A DNA stretch of 56,246 nt, the filler included, from Dirinaria sp. TL-2023a (Eukaryota), in assembly GCA_051941275.1 (NCBI GenBank). It is 2 parts of 2 records of this genome, joined end to end, with 100 filler letters (N's around TTAATTAATTAA, not from the genome) between each part and the next. Parts side by side here need not be neighbours in the genome. Positions count along the whole stretch, not along the records: positions 1 to 28,094 come from JAVEBF010000129.1; 1 more part is not named here. One strand, written 5' to 3'. Shown here in pieces: positions 1-12,252 of this stretch. Numbering within the stretch: the stretch's first letter is position 1; each line of letters starts with the position of its first letter. The notes beneath the pieces are model-generated. The model ran no database searches. It was not told the DNA's origin and was given only the letters and a program-made list of their open reading frames with translations. The position numbers were made by a program, and so were the translations under genes.

Positions 1-215
1 GGATGTTCAGAAGCAGGAGTTGGATTTGGTGTTAAGGTAGAGTACGGGTACGTGGTTACTTCTGCACATGGGACTAACTATTTATTATTACCAGGGGGCT
101 TGCCTACACTAATGGCTACACCGGAGGTTACCTATGCAGCCGCAGGCGCATTGCATGAATCACGTGACAGCATACCACCGCGGTACTGATATGCTGCCCG
201 GTTCCGATATCTGAA

Positions 216-1502
216 TCAAAAGAACACCACCTTCAGCCTGCGATTCCGGCTCATCACATCATCGGTCCCCGTCCCACCTTTGATATACGCCTTCTTTTGC
301 CCGACCTCCTGCTCCTCCCACGCCGCCGCATGCTCGTTCGGCCCCGCCATCCAGTTCCCCATCGTGCTCGCCAGACACTTGATCCCGTCCTGCCTCTTGA
401 CAACCGCCTTCTCAGGCGCGTGGGTCAAGATATCCTTCTCGAAGCCGCCGACGACGACAGCGCGGTGGATGCTGCTGTCGTTGTCTGTGGAGGCAATGGT
501 GGCTGCGCCATCGCATCCCTGCTCCAACGAGACATCCCCGTGCGCGGCATGGTCGTTGCTCGCGTCGAGCTGGAACTCGACCCACGTCGCGGGAAGGAGT
601 GTGCCGCGCTGGACTCTGCCCTTGAAAGTGGGCGGGAGCTCCACGAACGCCGATGCGCGCGGGGCCAGATGGACGGATTTGAGCGGGTGGTCGAAGTTCG
701 CGCCTGCGGTCCCGTTGCCGTTCCAGTAGTTGTCGTAGAAGAAGTACGTGCCCGGTTTCTCGCTTTCGTTGTGCAGGTCGATGCCTGGCCCTGAGGGGTG
801 CTCCTGCTCCTCGTCGGGCTTGTTGTGCGGGACGAACGCGGCCGTGTGTTCCACCATCCTGACACGCCCGAGTGAGGGCAGGACGCGCTGCGCCGTGTGG
901 GCGGGCTGCTCGTCCGGCACGGCGTCCTGGTCGGAGTAGGTGATGACGAGGTTCTTGGTCCCGTGCGCGGCGCTGCTTTGGGCGTTGTCCTGCGCGTTGC
1001 CGGGACTCCCGCCCCATGCGCCGACGCCGATGTACGTTTTCCCATCGGCGAAACTGCGAATGAAGTGCTCCAGTTTGGGGTGATCCTTGATGGGTCCGAT
1101 GCGTTCGACGTGGCCTTTCTCGTCCGTGAACACGCTCCCCTTGAGTTCGTCTTTGGTGCTTTGACTCGCTTTGTCCCAGGCGGCACGCAGGTGTTGCATG
1201 AACAGAGGGTCGCCTTTGCGAGTTGAAGGGTCCCCTTGTTGCTGGATGGTGAGGTTGCCGCCGGCGCCCACAATGTTGGAGATGTCGATGAAATCGTTAC
1301 CGCCGAAGCCGTCAAAGGTGGCTTCAGCCTGCTCACCTTCGTGACCGTCGTGGATGGCTATGATCGCGCCAGAGGATTTGTCAGGACCGTGGAGCGTAGA
1401 GGTAGCGTGAGGCTTCACTGTGATGTCGAGGTCGTGATTCCACCCATGGACCTCGAAGGCTTGGGGATGGTCAGATTTGTTGTGAATGAAGATCTCAGGC
1501 AT
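216..1502 (-). CDS. Uncharacterised 428-aa two-domain protein with thaumatin/Bys1-like motifs and no signal peptide
   Basis: Intronless GC-rich ORF. The likely ATG is at 1502 (MPEIFIHNKS), downstream of a TATAAG-like box near 1551-1556. Two related halves carry EQAEATF..DFIDISNIVG and TWVEFQL..HGDVSLEQGCDG, echoing the thaumatin E-F-T..D-[VI]-S..G motif. The fold call is inference. Confidence 0.75.
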   Translation of the reverse strand: MPEIFIHNKSDHPQAFEVHGWNHDLDITVKPHATSTLHGPDKSSGAIIAIHDGHEGEQAEATFDGFGGNDFIDISNIVGAGGNLTIQQQGDPSTRKGDPLFMQHLRAAWDKASQSTKDELKGSVFTDEKGHVERIGPIKDHPKLEHFIRSFADGKTYIGVGAWGGSPGNAQDNAQSSAAHGTKNLVITYSDQDAVPDEQPAHTAQRVLPSLGRVRMVEHTAAFVPHNKPDEEQEHPSGPGIDLHNESEKPGTYFFYDNYWNGNGTAGANFDHPLKSVHLAPRASAFVELPPTFKGRVQRGTLLPATWVEFQLDASNDHAAHGDVSLEQGCDGAATIASTDNDSSIHRAVVVGGFEKDILTHAPEKAVVKRQDGIKCLASTMGNWMAGPNEHAAAWEEQEVGQKKAYIKGGTGTDDVMSRNRRLKVVFF

Positions 1503-2537
1503 TTTAGCGATTCGGTAAAGGACAAAGGGATAGGATGGTCTTAGAGGGGTACTTATACGAAATAAGAAGCTGGATTGATTGTTATGCAGGTCTATGATGT
1601 AGAAAGTGATAGCTATGAGGTCTTGGGGGATAGGAGACTGTTTATATACCACTGTTCGCTCGAAGGAATCTTTGATTTCTATATTTCTTGTGTGCCATAC
1701 TGGAGGCTAGGCTCACTGGGGGTGTCTCCACCTAGGTGGATCAATCGCTGGACGTTGCGCAGTATGTTGGCAGTGGAACTTTTGAGTCGTAACATGGTCA
1801 TGGGACAAAGTCCTTTAGGTCTTGAAGCTTAGCCTGAAAGCGCTCCTGCTCGCCAAAAGCCAATCCTTGTTAGAAGCTGTGCCGTAATTCGAGCCATATT
1901 AGGCGAGAGGGAAGTCGTCGTCAATTGCAGCGCCCACGCTATAACACGGGGGTTTTTTTTGGAGAGCGCCATCCTTTGCTGGGTATGCGCTGCGACGTTA
2001 TACATTAGGACCTACCAGATTGACTGTAAGCACTCAGGCCCAGCTATTTGAAGCTCCACAAGGCTGTGTCTATGAAATCAGTCCTGTGGAAGCAGTCCAA
2101 GGATTGCGCCTATGGCATGCACACGTGGCTGAGGCTGAAAGCGTTAAAAAAGAGGTTGTGGAGTGTCGGTCGATCCTGTAGGATCTTTTCTGAAACGGGT
2201 ATGATTGCGACCTACAATTCCATAAGTCTCCATAAGTCCTAGGCAACAGAGTGTTTGATAAGACTGCAATAGCAAAGGTGGAGAAGTACAATTCATGATC
2301 TGGATGCATGCGTTACGCGGCATTTTGGCAGTATATTGTGGCGACTATGAAACCTCTGAGAAATAAAATAGAGAATTCTATCAAAATTACGATATAAGCT
2401 AAAACTCTAGTAGTAACCTGCGCGTGATACGGATCTATCAAAAAGAGGGTAAGAGAGTATGATGTAGACAGAACACCGCGAGTCTGATCTGAAAGTCATG
2501 CAAGCAATGAGAGTGCTGCGCAAACTTTCTCTCCCCT

Positions 2538-3354
2538 CTACTGTTTCATAGGTACTTCGTGCATCAACTTTTCCATCAGTTGGGTAAAATGACCGTCCGG
2601 CTTCATCAATTGAGCTTCCGGGCTGACGAAAGTGTCTGCCACGCTACGCATGCAGCCGAAGAACCCATACTCGAAGATCCAAGGTGTTTCGTCCATCCAG
2701 TTGCAAAGGTTGGCGGTGAATTCCTCAACATCATGCTGATCACGCGAAATGGAAGCAATCTCGGTGACCATGACGTGGTGCTTTGGGTGCTTGTTGTGCA
2801 TCGACTCGATATACTCAATGGCCCCCTTGCTGTCAGTCCCGTAGTAATGGAGGCCAAGGAAGTTAGGTGGATGATCTGACACTCGATTCATAAAGTTGGT
2901 GATCCATTCCTGACCTTGGGGATCACTAGCGCAAGAAGGGCTGGCCAATTTCTTGCCCTTGAGCTGTCTCAACGGAAGCATCTGCTTGTGCCATATTTCT
3001 GCTGCGTGCTGTGGGGTGATGCCGGCGCGCTCGGGCTCATTAAAGAAGAGAATGATGTCTTCTTTGGTGTTCTCGATGTTTTGCCAATCACCACCGGATA
3101 GCTGGGCTTCCAGGCGAACCATTGGGCGGAATGGAGCACGACCTTTAAGTTCGGGTGGCACCCAAGTATTCCAGTTGCAGACGGATGATATAGGACCTTG
3201 AAAGTCTACGTTATCCATTGCCCACGGAACGCCGGCATGGCCTGGGCCGTCGCTATTCGTCCAGTCTAGGAGGTAGTAGGTCAGAGATCAGCCTCATCAT
3301 TTGATACCCTGGTTTCTACCTACCCCAGAGCAGACACCTCTTGTTAACAACCAT
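2538..3354 (-). CDS. Glycoside hydrolase family 128 (Glyco_hydro_cc/Asl1-like beta-1,3-glucanase), leaderless
   Basis: Exon 1 is 3354-3324 (MVVNKRCLLW), the GT-AG intron is 3323-3266, and exon 2 is 3265-2538. Motifs FFNEPE (acid/base), GLHYYG and VMVTEIA (nucleophile) are present. Confidence 0.85.
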
Positions 3355-5039
3355 TCTGAAAGGTCTGAGACTTGGCGTAGGCAGTTGATAAGATCGTCTA
3401 GTTGTACGACTTGGCTTTGCGAGGTAAGAAAACTCAAATGCAATGAAATTTAGCGTTATATAGAATCGTTCCTCGAAAATGGTGGATCCACGTGGCTGAC
3501 CACAGTATTTATTGCTATGACACCAAGTAGCGCTGTGGAGTAGATGTCAGTCGCAAATCCCTTTCAGCCGCGTCGTGGGCTGTGAGGCAAAGGGTTACAC
3601 GGCCGCAGCCATGGAAATGGACAACCTCGAATCCATGTGCGCCTCTTTTTTTAGTCTGAAACACAGGTCGTTTGCCCAAATCTCGGCCCAGAGGCGATGT
3701 TCTATGGCTAAAATTTTGATGCTCGGGTAACGAGTGCCCACCTTCAGTCTTATCGCCGATCAGACTGCTAGATAGGCGAGATAGCCTGGCAGCCTGAGTG
3801 AACCGGGCCGCAGTAGTGGGTGTTCACCCAAACATATTGGGAGTTATCCACCCACCTGTATTTTTGCTCGACCACTCCCATTCTATCTCCACTGCAATCA
3901 TTCACGCACCTCCTCTTACAAGATCACTTCAAATGCGACAGACGGGTCAGCAGACATAAATCCTACATAACATGCCGCGTGTCCATCAGCTTTGCTGACG
4001 TCCAGCAGACCAATCCTCGTCCATCTCTTTGCACAGTGCAGGAACGGGTTCGCAGGCACCAAGCGCTATGCCAGCTCATGACTAAACAGATGCTCCTAAA
4101 CGCTCTCGCTGTAGTGGGTCTCTCATCACATTCTAGCCACGTTTCGCTCAAAAAGCGGCGCAGTGACCGGCAAGGGATTGCTCCGCGCCAGTGACGCGTT
4201 GTCCTCCAACAAGACTTTTCGTGCTTCCGTATATGGAGATCGTCATTTGTGCCTCTTAAAGCAGCTCATTCCCGGCTCTTTCAGGTTTGAGCAGTAGTCG
4301 AGTACCTTGCGAGAAGGATGCCGTGAGAGTGGGGCGAGTAACTATCGGTCGTAGGCAGCAATTGTGGAGCTGTGGAGAAGCAAAATACCTCGCGGCTTAG
4401 AGAAGTATTAGGGCGGCTAATGGCGATTCGGAGTAGTGGATACTTGGATTAAGATTGCTTCGATCCATGAGAAGTCACTGTGTACTGTAAATAGCTGTGA
4501 TTCAGTGCTGAAGCCGTGGGTCTAGGACCAGAGGAGGATGGCGCACGACAGGCTGGCAAGATGCCATGGAAACTGCAGTAGCCGCATATCAAAGAAGCTC
4601 ATCCAGGATGAATGTGAGTGAAGTACCTTAGGAGAGAAGGTGGAAGGTCGAAACAGCAACGAAAAAGGCAGCAGCAGCCTTCTTGCTTAGTCAGCAGCTC
4701 CAGCCAATCACAGCTCACTTAATCACGCGTAGTAATCGAGCGTCATTTGCAACTCCTCCTAATCATTCTCTAATGCCAAATATCCACTCATGGCCTTCCT
4801 GTGACTTCGGCATAGGGTGAAATTCTCTCTATCATTTATCTCCTGGGATAGTCTCTCCCATACAAGATTCGTAATGGAGTACTGCAAATTGCGTGCTTAG
4901 AGCTCCTCCGGCAACTTCCTACGCCATGAGAAGCTAGCATGTGTAGAAGCACAAGTCAACTTCTTCCAGACTAAGCTAGGTAGACACCCATCCCCTCCTC
5001 AGTCCCACCTCTCTTCTAACCGTCTTACCTTTCCTTGCT

Positions 5040-6425
5040 TCAAGAGTCGAGGCTTTGCACCTCCGTAAGTCCCTCCTTGGTGGCCGCCTTCTGCGGGTTA
5101 GCGGCATCGCTTCCTTCGGAAATACTATCCTTCGGAGACCCCGAAGCGGTCTCATCTGTGGTCTTCTTGGCTTTCATAAGAGGCCAATGCCCGGTCTTTT
5201 CGTTGTATCTCATGGCTAGGAAGGTGATCATGACGGCAATCCAATATACGTTGTACGATATCACAGACCCGTAGGTTGCCGAGTTCTGCCAGCCGAAGAG
5301 AGCGTTGAAAATGCCCCAACCCCCGCCGCCACCGATCTCAGGATTACAGCACTTGACAAGAGTTAGTCATCCGTCAAGGGCGAAAGAGAGGGGGAATATG
5401 CTAACGTTGACATGCCAGACGCTCTTGCGAATATCGTAGGACCCAGGACCGGAACCGGTTTCGGCCGCATCGCCGCCAATGATTTTGCTCCACTATATTA
5501 TATCAACATAGGTTCTCTTGCGTATGACGTCTGTACTCACCTTATGCATCTCGAAATCCCAGACGGCTCTGGAGAAGAGGCCCGCTGCCACCAAATATAA
5601 GAAGCAGGTGGACACTATCAAGAATATTTGTATCGAGGCGAAGTTTCCGCCTCTGCAGTCACGTCAGCTATGAAAAGCATGATCGGAAAGCCCTTTTTCT
5701 TACTTGTAGATGAGGTATCCAATGAGGCAGCCGCAGGCAATGCCCAGGACGACGGGAAGAGGGAAAGAGCTCGCAGGAAGACCCAAGCTTATTCCGCCGA
5801 TGAAGACCACCGCTTCCAGGCCCTCACGAAGTACCGTGATGAAGGGGAGAACGAACATGGCATACTTCTCGCACCACAGCTTGAAGCGGCCTTTCGTGCT
5901 TTTGCCTTTAGCGCTGTCCTTGGCTTCGATGGATCGGGCGAGCTTGACACGCCACTTATCCTGAAGCTTGGAGACCCGGAGCAAGGCAGCTCCCATGATG
6001 GTGATGACAATCGAGGCAAACAGCCCGAAGCTCCCCTCCCAGATATCTTCGGTGTTGGCCCAGTGGTCATGGCCTAGGCTGTAGAAAGCCCCGATAAATC
6101 CGGCACCGATGCAGATACAGATCGCGAGCCCCACGATGGTTCCCCACCAGACCTACAGAGATGTTCGTTAAGCAAAGCGACGAGAGGATTCCCATGTTCG
6201 GGACACTTACCTGGCGGACCAGTTTCTTGTGGGTTGCGCCACCATCATGATTGCCGAGAGTCTGCTTCAAGAAGGCGAGGAGTACTGAGACGATAATGCT
6301 GGTTTCCAAAGTCTCGCGGAAACAGATGAAGAAGACTATAGTACCATTAGCAGGGCAGATCTCAGCGACTGTCGCCAGGCCTGGACCTCACCGGGCACCG
6401 CGAAGACGTCCGTTGCAGCAACCAT
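5040..6425 (-). CDS. FTR1: High-affinity iron permease
   Basis: Multi-exon gene. The N-terminus reads [36 protein letters not shown], and a second REGLE motif follows ([16 protein letters not shown]). It has the [20 protein letters not shown]-terminal region and a stop at 5040-5042. Confidence 0.95.
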
Positions 6426-6546
6426 CTTGCTTATGGCTATCAGAAGCACCTGCGATTGTCGCCGACCGCCTGAATGGGAGTCTTGAAGGCTGGAATATTT
6501 CCTCAAGTCGTACCTCAGGATTATTCGATGATGGGAGGGAAAGATT

Positions 6547-7453
6547 TTATCAGATTTGATTGATAAGGGCAGGTTCTCTGCCGACTTTATCAGATCCGGG
6601 ATTTAGAGGGCGGATGGACCCACCAACGCACTAAGGATTTTCCCAGGAAGACTTACCGAGAAAAATCGACAGTCTTGTTTTTTGGAAACGTCTGTCTCGA
6701 CACGGGCAGTTGCAGGATGCAGGACTCTTTGGTCTCCCGATGTCGGCAGATGAGCAAGAATGCGAGGGTGCGACGAGCGGAAGTGAACGGCCTCGGCTAA
6801 AGTTGGCTGAGCCAAGTCTTGTCATCCCACTCCCCTCGCTCGCTTGCCGGCTTCACTCTTCGGCGCCGTCTTGGCATTTTCTTGCTTTCAGGTCAGGATC
6901 GAACACAGCCATGGCAGACTCTTCCTCAGCGATCAACACCCTTTGATCAATTCCATTACAGCATCCAAAAGCCTTGGTTGGGAGGATTCCACTCGACCCG
7001 TCTTCTCCAGCGACGATCAGACGGCTTGGACGTCGCTACACAGGGTGGCAAAGCATCATCAAATCCCTGGCTCGAGTCTCACTTGTCAAGCCCATCGTCA
7101 GACTGCACTCGCTAGCTACACTTGGCTCCGCGGGCACCGGCATTGCTGGTCGTGATCGCAGACATCTGATTAGTCGGCCACCCACCTCCTCAATAATCAG
7201 ATCCTTCCGGACGTTTGGATCAACGTGGGGAGGAAAACTTTGTTCTCCACTTCACGCCCGTTCGAGATCTCCGTGAGGCCGTGGTCGCTTAGAAAACCTC
7301 GATCAGGCCATTGTCCGCTGCACTGCAACCCAAAGCACCGATCCCGTCCCCCGGCACCCGGCATTGCATGGTGCAGAACGCATCGGAGCATCCCAGGGAG
7401 CACGAGGTCAAATTAGAGTAACCAAATTCTTTTCTCCGCCCATCTTATCAGAT
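6547..7453. promoter_or_regulatory. Iron-responsive GATA-factor (SreA/Urbs1/Sre1-type) sites in the FTR1-FET3 bidirectional promoter
   Basis: TTATCAGAT (reverse complement ATCTGATAA, matching ATCWGATAA) occurs at 6547-6555, 6587-6595 and 7445-7453. One-mismatch copies ATCTGATTA at 7164-7172 and TAATCAGAT at 7194-7202 form an inverted pair. Confidence 0.8.
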
Positions 7454-7588
7454 CCCAAGATAATTTCTCTCCCCCACTGCCTTGTCGCCATCGTCGCCGA
7501 AAAGGGGCTTCACCGTCGAGGTAGAGATACCTCGTAGCATTGACCGTCGAGCGTTTAACAGCTGACTCGGCTCGTTCACGAACGCAAG

Positions 7589-9557
7589 ATGTTCACGTCT
7601 CTCAAGATGTCTTTTGGCGCGGCCATCGTCCTTCTGGCGTATACGGCCATTGCTGCCACGGTCACCTTCGATTTCAACATCACCTGGGTCAATGCCAGCC
7701 CCGACGGCTTCGAGCGCCCGGTCATCGGCATCAACGGGCAATGGCCGATACCTCAGATGAACGTTAACAAAGGAGACCGTCTTGTCGTCAATGTAGTGAA
7801 CCAACTAGGAAACCAGAGCACGAGCCTTCATTGGCATGGTTTGTACATGAACGGCAGCACCCACATGGATGGATCAGTGAGTGCCAGCCAGTGTGCCATT
7901 CCGCCCGGTGCCTCTTTTACGTATGATTTCAAGGTAAACATCCTTTCCCATCTTTTTCGAGTGGATTGATGCTCATTTGACAGGTCGAGCAACCTGGCAC
8001 GTACTGGTATCATTCTCACGATGACGCCCAATATCCAGATGGGCTTCGCGGACCACTGATCGTGCACGACCCAGACTCCCCTTATAAGGGCAAATACGAC
8101 GAAGAAATCGTTCTCACGCTCTCGGACTGGTATCACGATGAGATGCCGGGTCTACTCAAGTTTTTCATCAGCTACGCTAATCCTACAGGCGCCGAGCCGG
8201 TGCCTGACTCGGCACTCATGAACGAGACGCAAAACCTGACCGTGTCTGTCGAGCCTGGCAAGACATACATGTTTCGGATCATTAACATCGGCGCCTTTGC
8301 TGGGCAATATCTGTGGTTCGAAAACCACACGATGCAAATCGTCGAAGTGGATGGGATTTACACTGAGGCTGCTGATGCCGAAATGATTTATGTCACCGCC
8401 GCTCAGCGCTACAGTGTCCTTATCGCGATGAAAAACGATTCGTCCTCGAACTACGCGTTCGTCGGCAGCATGGACCAGGTGCGTATTGAATCTCTCGCAG
8501 GAGTCTGCCCTGACTTTTCTTAGGATCTTTTCGATACTGTTCCGGATACCCTCAATCCTAACGTCACAGGCTGGCTCACTTACGACGCATCCAAGCCTAT
8601 GCCTGCAGCTGCAATAATCGACGAATTCGATCCGTTCGATGATTTCACCCTCGTGCCAACGGATGGCGAGCGCTTGTTCGACCATGTGGATTATTCCTTC
8701 AATCTTGACGTAAAGATGGACAATCTTGGTGACGGAGCCAATTAGTAAGATTTCGTCTTGCACAGCAACCGTACGAACACCTTCTGACAAAAACCCAGCG
8801 CCTTCTTTAACAACGCAACCTACGTCGGCCCCTCTACCCCGAGCCTCTACACCGCTCTCTCAACCACCGACACCGCCCTCATCCCCTACATCTACGGCCC
8901 GAACACGAACGCCTACGTTCTGCAGAAGAACCAAATCGTCGAGATCGTCCTTAACAACAACGATGCCGGCAAGCACCCTTTTCATCTCCACGGCCACAAC
9001 TTTCAAGCTATCGTCCGCTCCGCCGAAAGCGCAGGGAACTACGTCGGCAATGAGACCTTCCCTGCGGTCCCCATGCGGCGGGACACCTTCATGGTCCGGC
9101 CAAATGGGAACATCGTGCTTCGCTTCCGCGCCGATAATCCCGGGGTGTGGCTCTTCCATTGCCACATCGAGTGGCATATTGCGTCGGGTCTCGTGGCGAC
9201 GATGATCGAAGCGCCGATCGAGTTGCAGCAGTCCGGGTTGACAATCCCGCAACAGCACCTGGAATCTTGTGACCAGCAACGCATCCCCACGACCGGGAAC
9301 GCGGCGGGGAAGACCAAGGACCTGTTCGATCTCAAGGGGGTCAATGTCAGCCCCAAGCCTTTGCCGAGCGGCTTCGAAGCCAAGGGGATCGTGGCCTTGG
9401 TGTTTAGCTGTGTGGCGGCTTTTGCAGGCATGGCCGTGATTTCGTGGTAAGTATCCCTTTCAAGCTTGCCAAAAGGCTGCAGAGGTAATAATTGCTCGCT
9501 AGGTACGGCGCCGGCGAAATTGGGAAGAAGGAACCTGCTGGTGCGCCGAGGCAGTAG
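7589..9557 (+). CDS. FET3: Multicopper ferroxidase
   Basis: Five exons and a signal peptide. Copper motifs are [18 protein letters not shown] and [10 protein letters not shown], with the NPTGAEPVP ferroxidase motif and a C-terminal TM helix ([21 protein letters not shown]). The last exon is 9503-9557 (TAG). It is divergent from FTR1. Confidence 0.95.
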
Positions 9558-12166
9558 CACTGTTGCTATGGAAGGCCGAGGCACCAAATGGAAGGTGGGT
9601 TTGGGCTTTGCGCTAGACCTCGATTCCCAGCTGTTTTCTTCCGTGTTGCGGAATATCAAGTATGCTTAAGGAGGTCTCTTAGGTGATACTGAAATATGAT
9701 TACCCTTTTGCTCCATGCTTTAGACTAAACAACTCTGCCCTTTTAAAGCCTTGGAACAGACCTCGTGATAAAAGGCGCACGCTCAAAGCAGGTATGCCAG
9801 GTAAGGAAAAAAACAAAGTTAAGAAGCCCGCGAATTTCAGCGCCGGAGCTGCTTGCACACACACACTACACCACTGATCTGCCCCTCTTACCGTACTTTT
9901 CTCTTCTTACTATGCTCTTCCAATCCAAGCACAATAGAAAGCTATGGCAATCCTCCTTTCCAACCCCCGACAGCATCACAGGAAACATGTTCTAAAAACA
10001 TGGCATCATAACTCAAGCCTAGCAACCAATTGGAGCCCATTCACTGCCTTGAGAAACCAAATATCGGTTAAGTGCCCATCGCCTCGAGTGAATATCTCAT
10101 TCTCAGTTTTTCTCATCAGCGAGATATCTTTGTTCAGAATAGAGGTCATAATTTCTCTAAAAAGATGTATCCAAAGTAGCAACGAGTCCAAGAACGACTG
10201 ATCAGCAGCGGATAAGGATATTATCAGCCTTGATGATTTGATCCTTGATGACGATGGAAGCTGTTCAGGGGAATAATTCTGGCTAACAAGCTCTTCGCAT
10301 CTGATTTCCAGTGCTATATGTGTGCGCGGCAGGTGACTTTACTTCTCTGCTTGGCATACCTTTCATCGACAGGCAATGTATCTCTGGCTTTAAATCTATC
10401 AGGGAGTACTGTCCGCGAGAGAAAAGGGAGTCTCATGTAAGAAATACTCTTACGAGTGCTGAGAGCATTGAAGCTGGAAAAGTCTTTCAATTTTTGCTGG
10501 AAGAAATGCAAGGGAGAATTTGACGTCTGATATTCTTTATTCCGAGGAGACGAATTTGGAAAAAAAAGCTCTATTAAGAATACCGTACAGTATCGAATTA
10601 GGTATGCAGAAGAATCGTCGTACAACTTTGCACTGAACGACATTACGAGTCACGGCGAATTTACATTCGCTTGCATATAAACCATCTCATTCTCGCTGAT
10701 TGTGAGCGTAAATATTCAGAACATATCCAAGCCGAAAGCTCTCTTTTCGAAAAGCTCATTTCGATCGCGAATAACATATCATCGCGCACACATCAGCTAG
10801 ACTGCATCAACCCCATCCTCCATAAAAGCTCCGTATGCACATCGATCGCATTAGCTAATAATCTCTGCCTCCAGCCTATAGAACACTTAGTACTACAAAT
10901 TATATTATTCAAGACGCCGATGATGAGTATGAAAATCGTGCCAAGTGGTTAACTAAATTAGGTAGCGGAGCAGTCCGTGGCTTTTGATGGACAGCCTCGC
11001 AACCGGATTGTATTTCTAGCGTGGGATGATAGCTAGGAGCGATCGATGATTGTTTTAGTAGCTAGTTTCTTGGTCAGGGGGTTCGGCAAATGGGACCCGC
11101 TTTTTGTTCGCAATTCGAGTACTTCCACGGAACCTTTCGAGCTAGGACCCCGTCAGTCTGTACAAACGATCTGTGCGGCTGGAAAGACAGTATTAGCTCT
11201 ATTTAGTCAGAGGAGTTATTTGGGAGTGGCAATGATGATCGTCGTTATAGGTTCTTGACCTAAGGCTCGCTGTCTGAATGGACAAGCCTAGATGGATGGA
11301 TGGAGTAGATCTTGACTCGCTTCTAGGCAGTTGCTTTGGGTTGTGTCATTGAGTCTTGTCTGAACTCATCCGACATGAATGGACCAGGGCTAGAGCAGTC
11401 TCTAATAAGTCCCTGCTTTGGGATATTGCTGGGGGATCATGTACAGCTCTGGTAGAAGAAATGAGGGATTAGTCGTTAAAGATTGCATTCCTATCCAAGT
11501 ATGGGATCGGTGCTCGATCTAGATCAAGCGGATAATAGGGCATTCTCAACTTATCTCGTGTGGGGGTGGAAGAGATCAGAGCACGTAAGAAAAGACACTG
11601 TATCCTCGCAACGCCAGCCATCAACGACTTTCTGATTTTATCAGACAGCAACAACCTTGCATTTTGCTCCAAAAGGGGGCCTCGCAGTCGCTGGATGATT
11701 ATTGCTGTGGTTGTTGGTTTATTTTGTCCGACAGATTTGACAACAATCAAAGGGATCTATCGTACATAGAGAACGATAATATCCGCGGTGGACCTCACAT
11801 ATGTCCTATACTTCAATAAGACTAGGCGCTTATTTCTATGTCGTCATCGAAGGTTCGAAGTTAGAAAATCGATCCCGTGAAATTTGCAGAACGTCGGACA
11901 TCTGCTGGGTTCTAATGCAATGTGCACGCCGCCACTGAGTACGACATGTATAACCCATGCATTGAGAATACTGCTTCACGTAGAGGAGTCGTCATGGACA
12001 AAGCGCTGGAGGAAACAGTCGAGGAAGCATTCGCAATTCGTTCTGGATCGAGACCGCTTCTTTCCTCTCATCTCTATTTTCCAGCGCTCTGGAAATCCGG
12101 CTGACAATTGATTATTAGCCGGGATTAGAATGATTGGCCAAGTTAAAACGACCAGGAGACCAGCAT

Positions 12167-12252
12167 ATTTTATACCGCATAATCATAGCATTAGCCGCTG
12201 ACCCACATGCTAAGATGCCCTATGTCCCCAAAAGGAGAGCGCCTGATGTTTG
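12167..12252 (+). repeat. Short dispersed direct repeat, copy 1 (homologous to 16763-16842)
   Basis: attttataccgcataatcatagc matches attctatatcgcataatcatagc at 21/23. aaaaggagagcgcctgatgtttg matches aaaagaaaagcgtctgatatttg at 19/23, with all differences transitions. Confidence 0.75.

Noticed and set aside
1..60. gttcagaag..ggagt similarity to 17158-17171 as a possible other Starship end
   Set aside because: The match is too short and gapped to distinguish from chance.
280..1544. Several long overlapping ORFs on both strands over the first gene
   Set aside because: These are shadow frames of a GC-rich coding sequence, Arg/Ser/Pro-rich and without motifs.
1503..1652. 50-aa N-terminal extension of the 478-aa ORF
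   Set aside because: It starts at a non-ATG codon, spans TATA-like sequence and is not a signal peptide. ATG 1502 is preferred.
3820..4950. 124-aa ORF and neighbouring sequence between GH128 and FTR1
   Set aside because: Non-ATG start, no recognisable motif and no consistent exon structure.
8152..9659. 212-aa and 206-aa minus-strand ORFs
   Set aside because: They are antisense shadows of FET3 exons.
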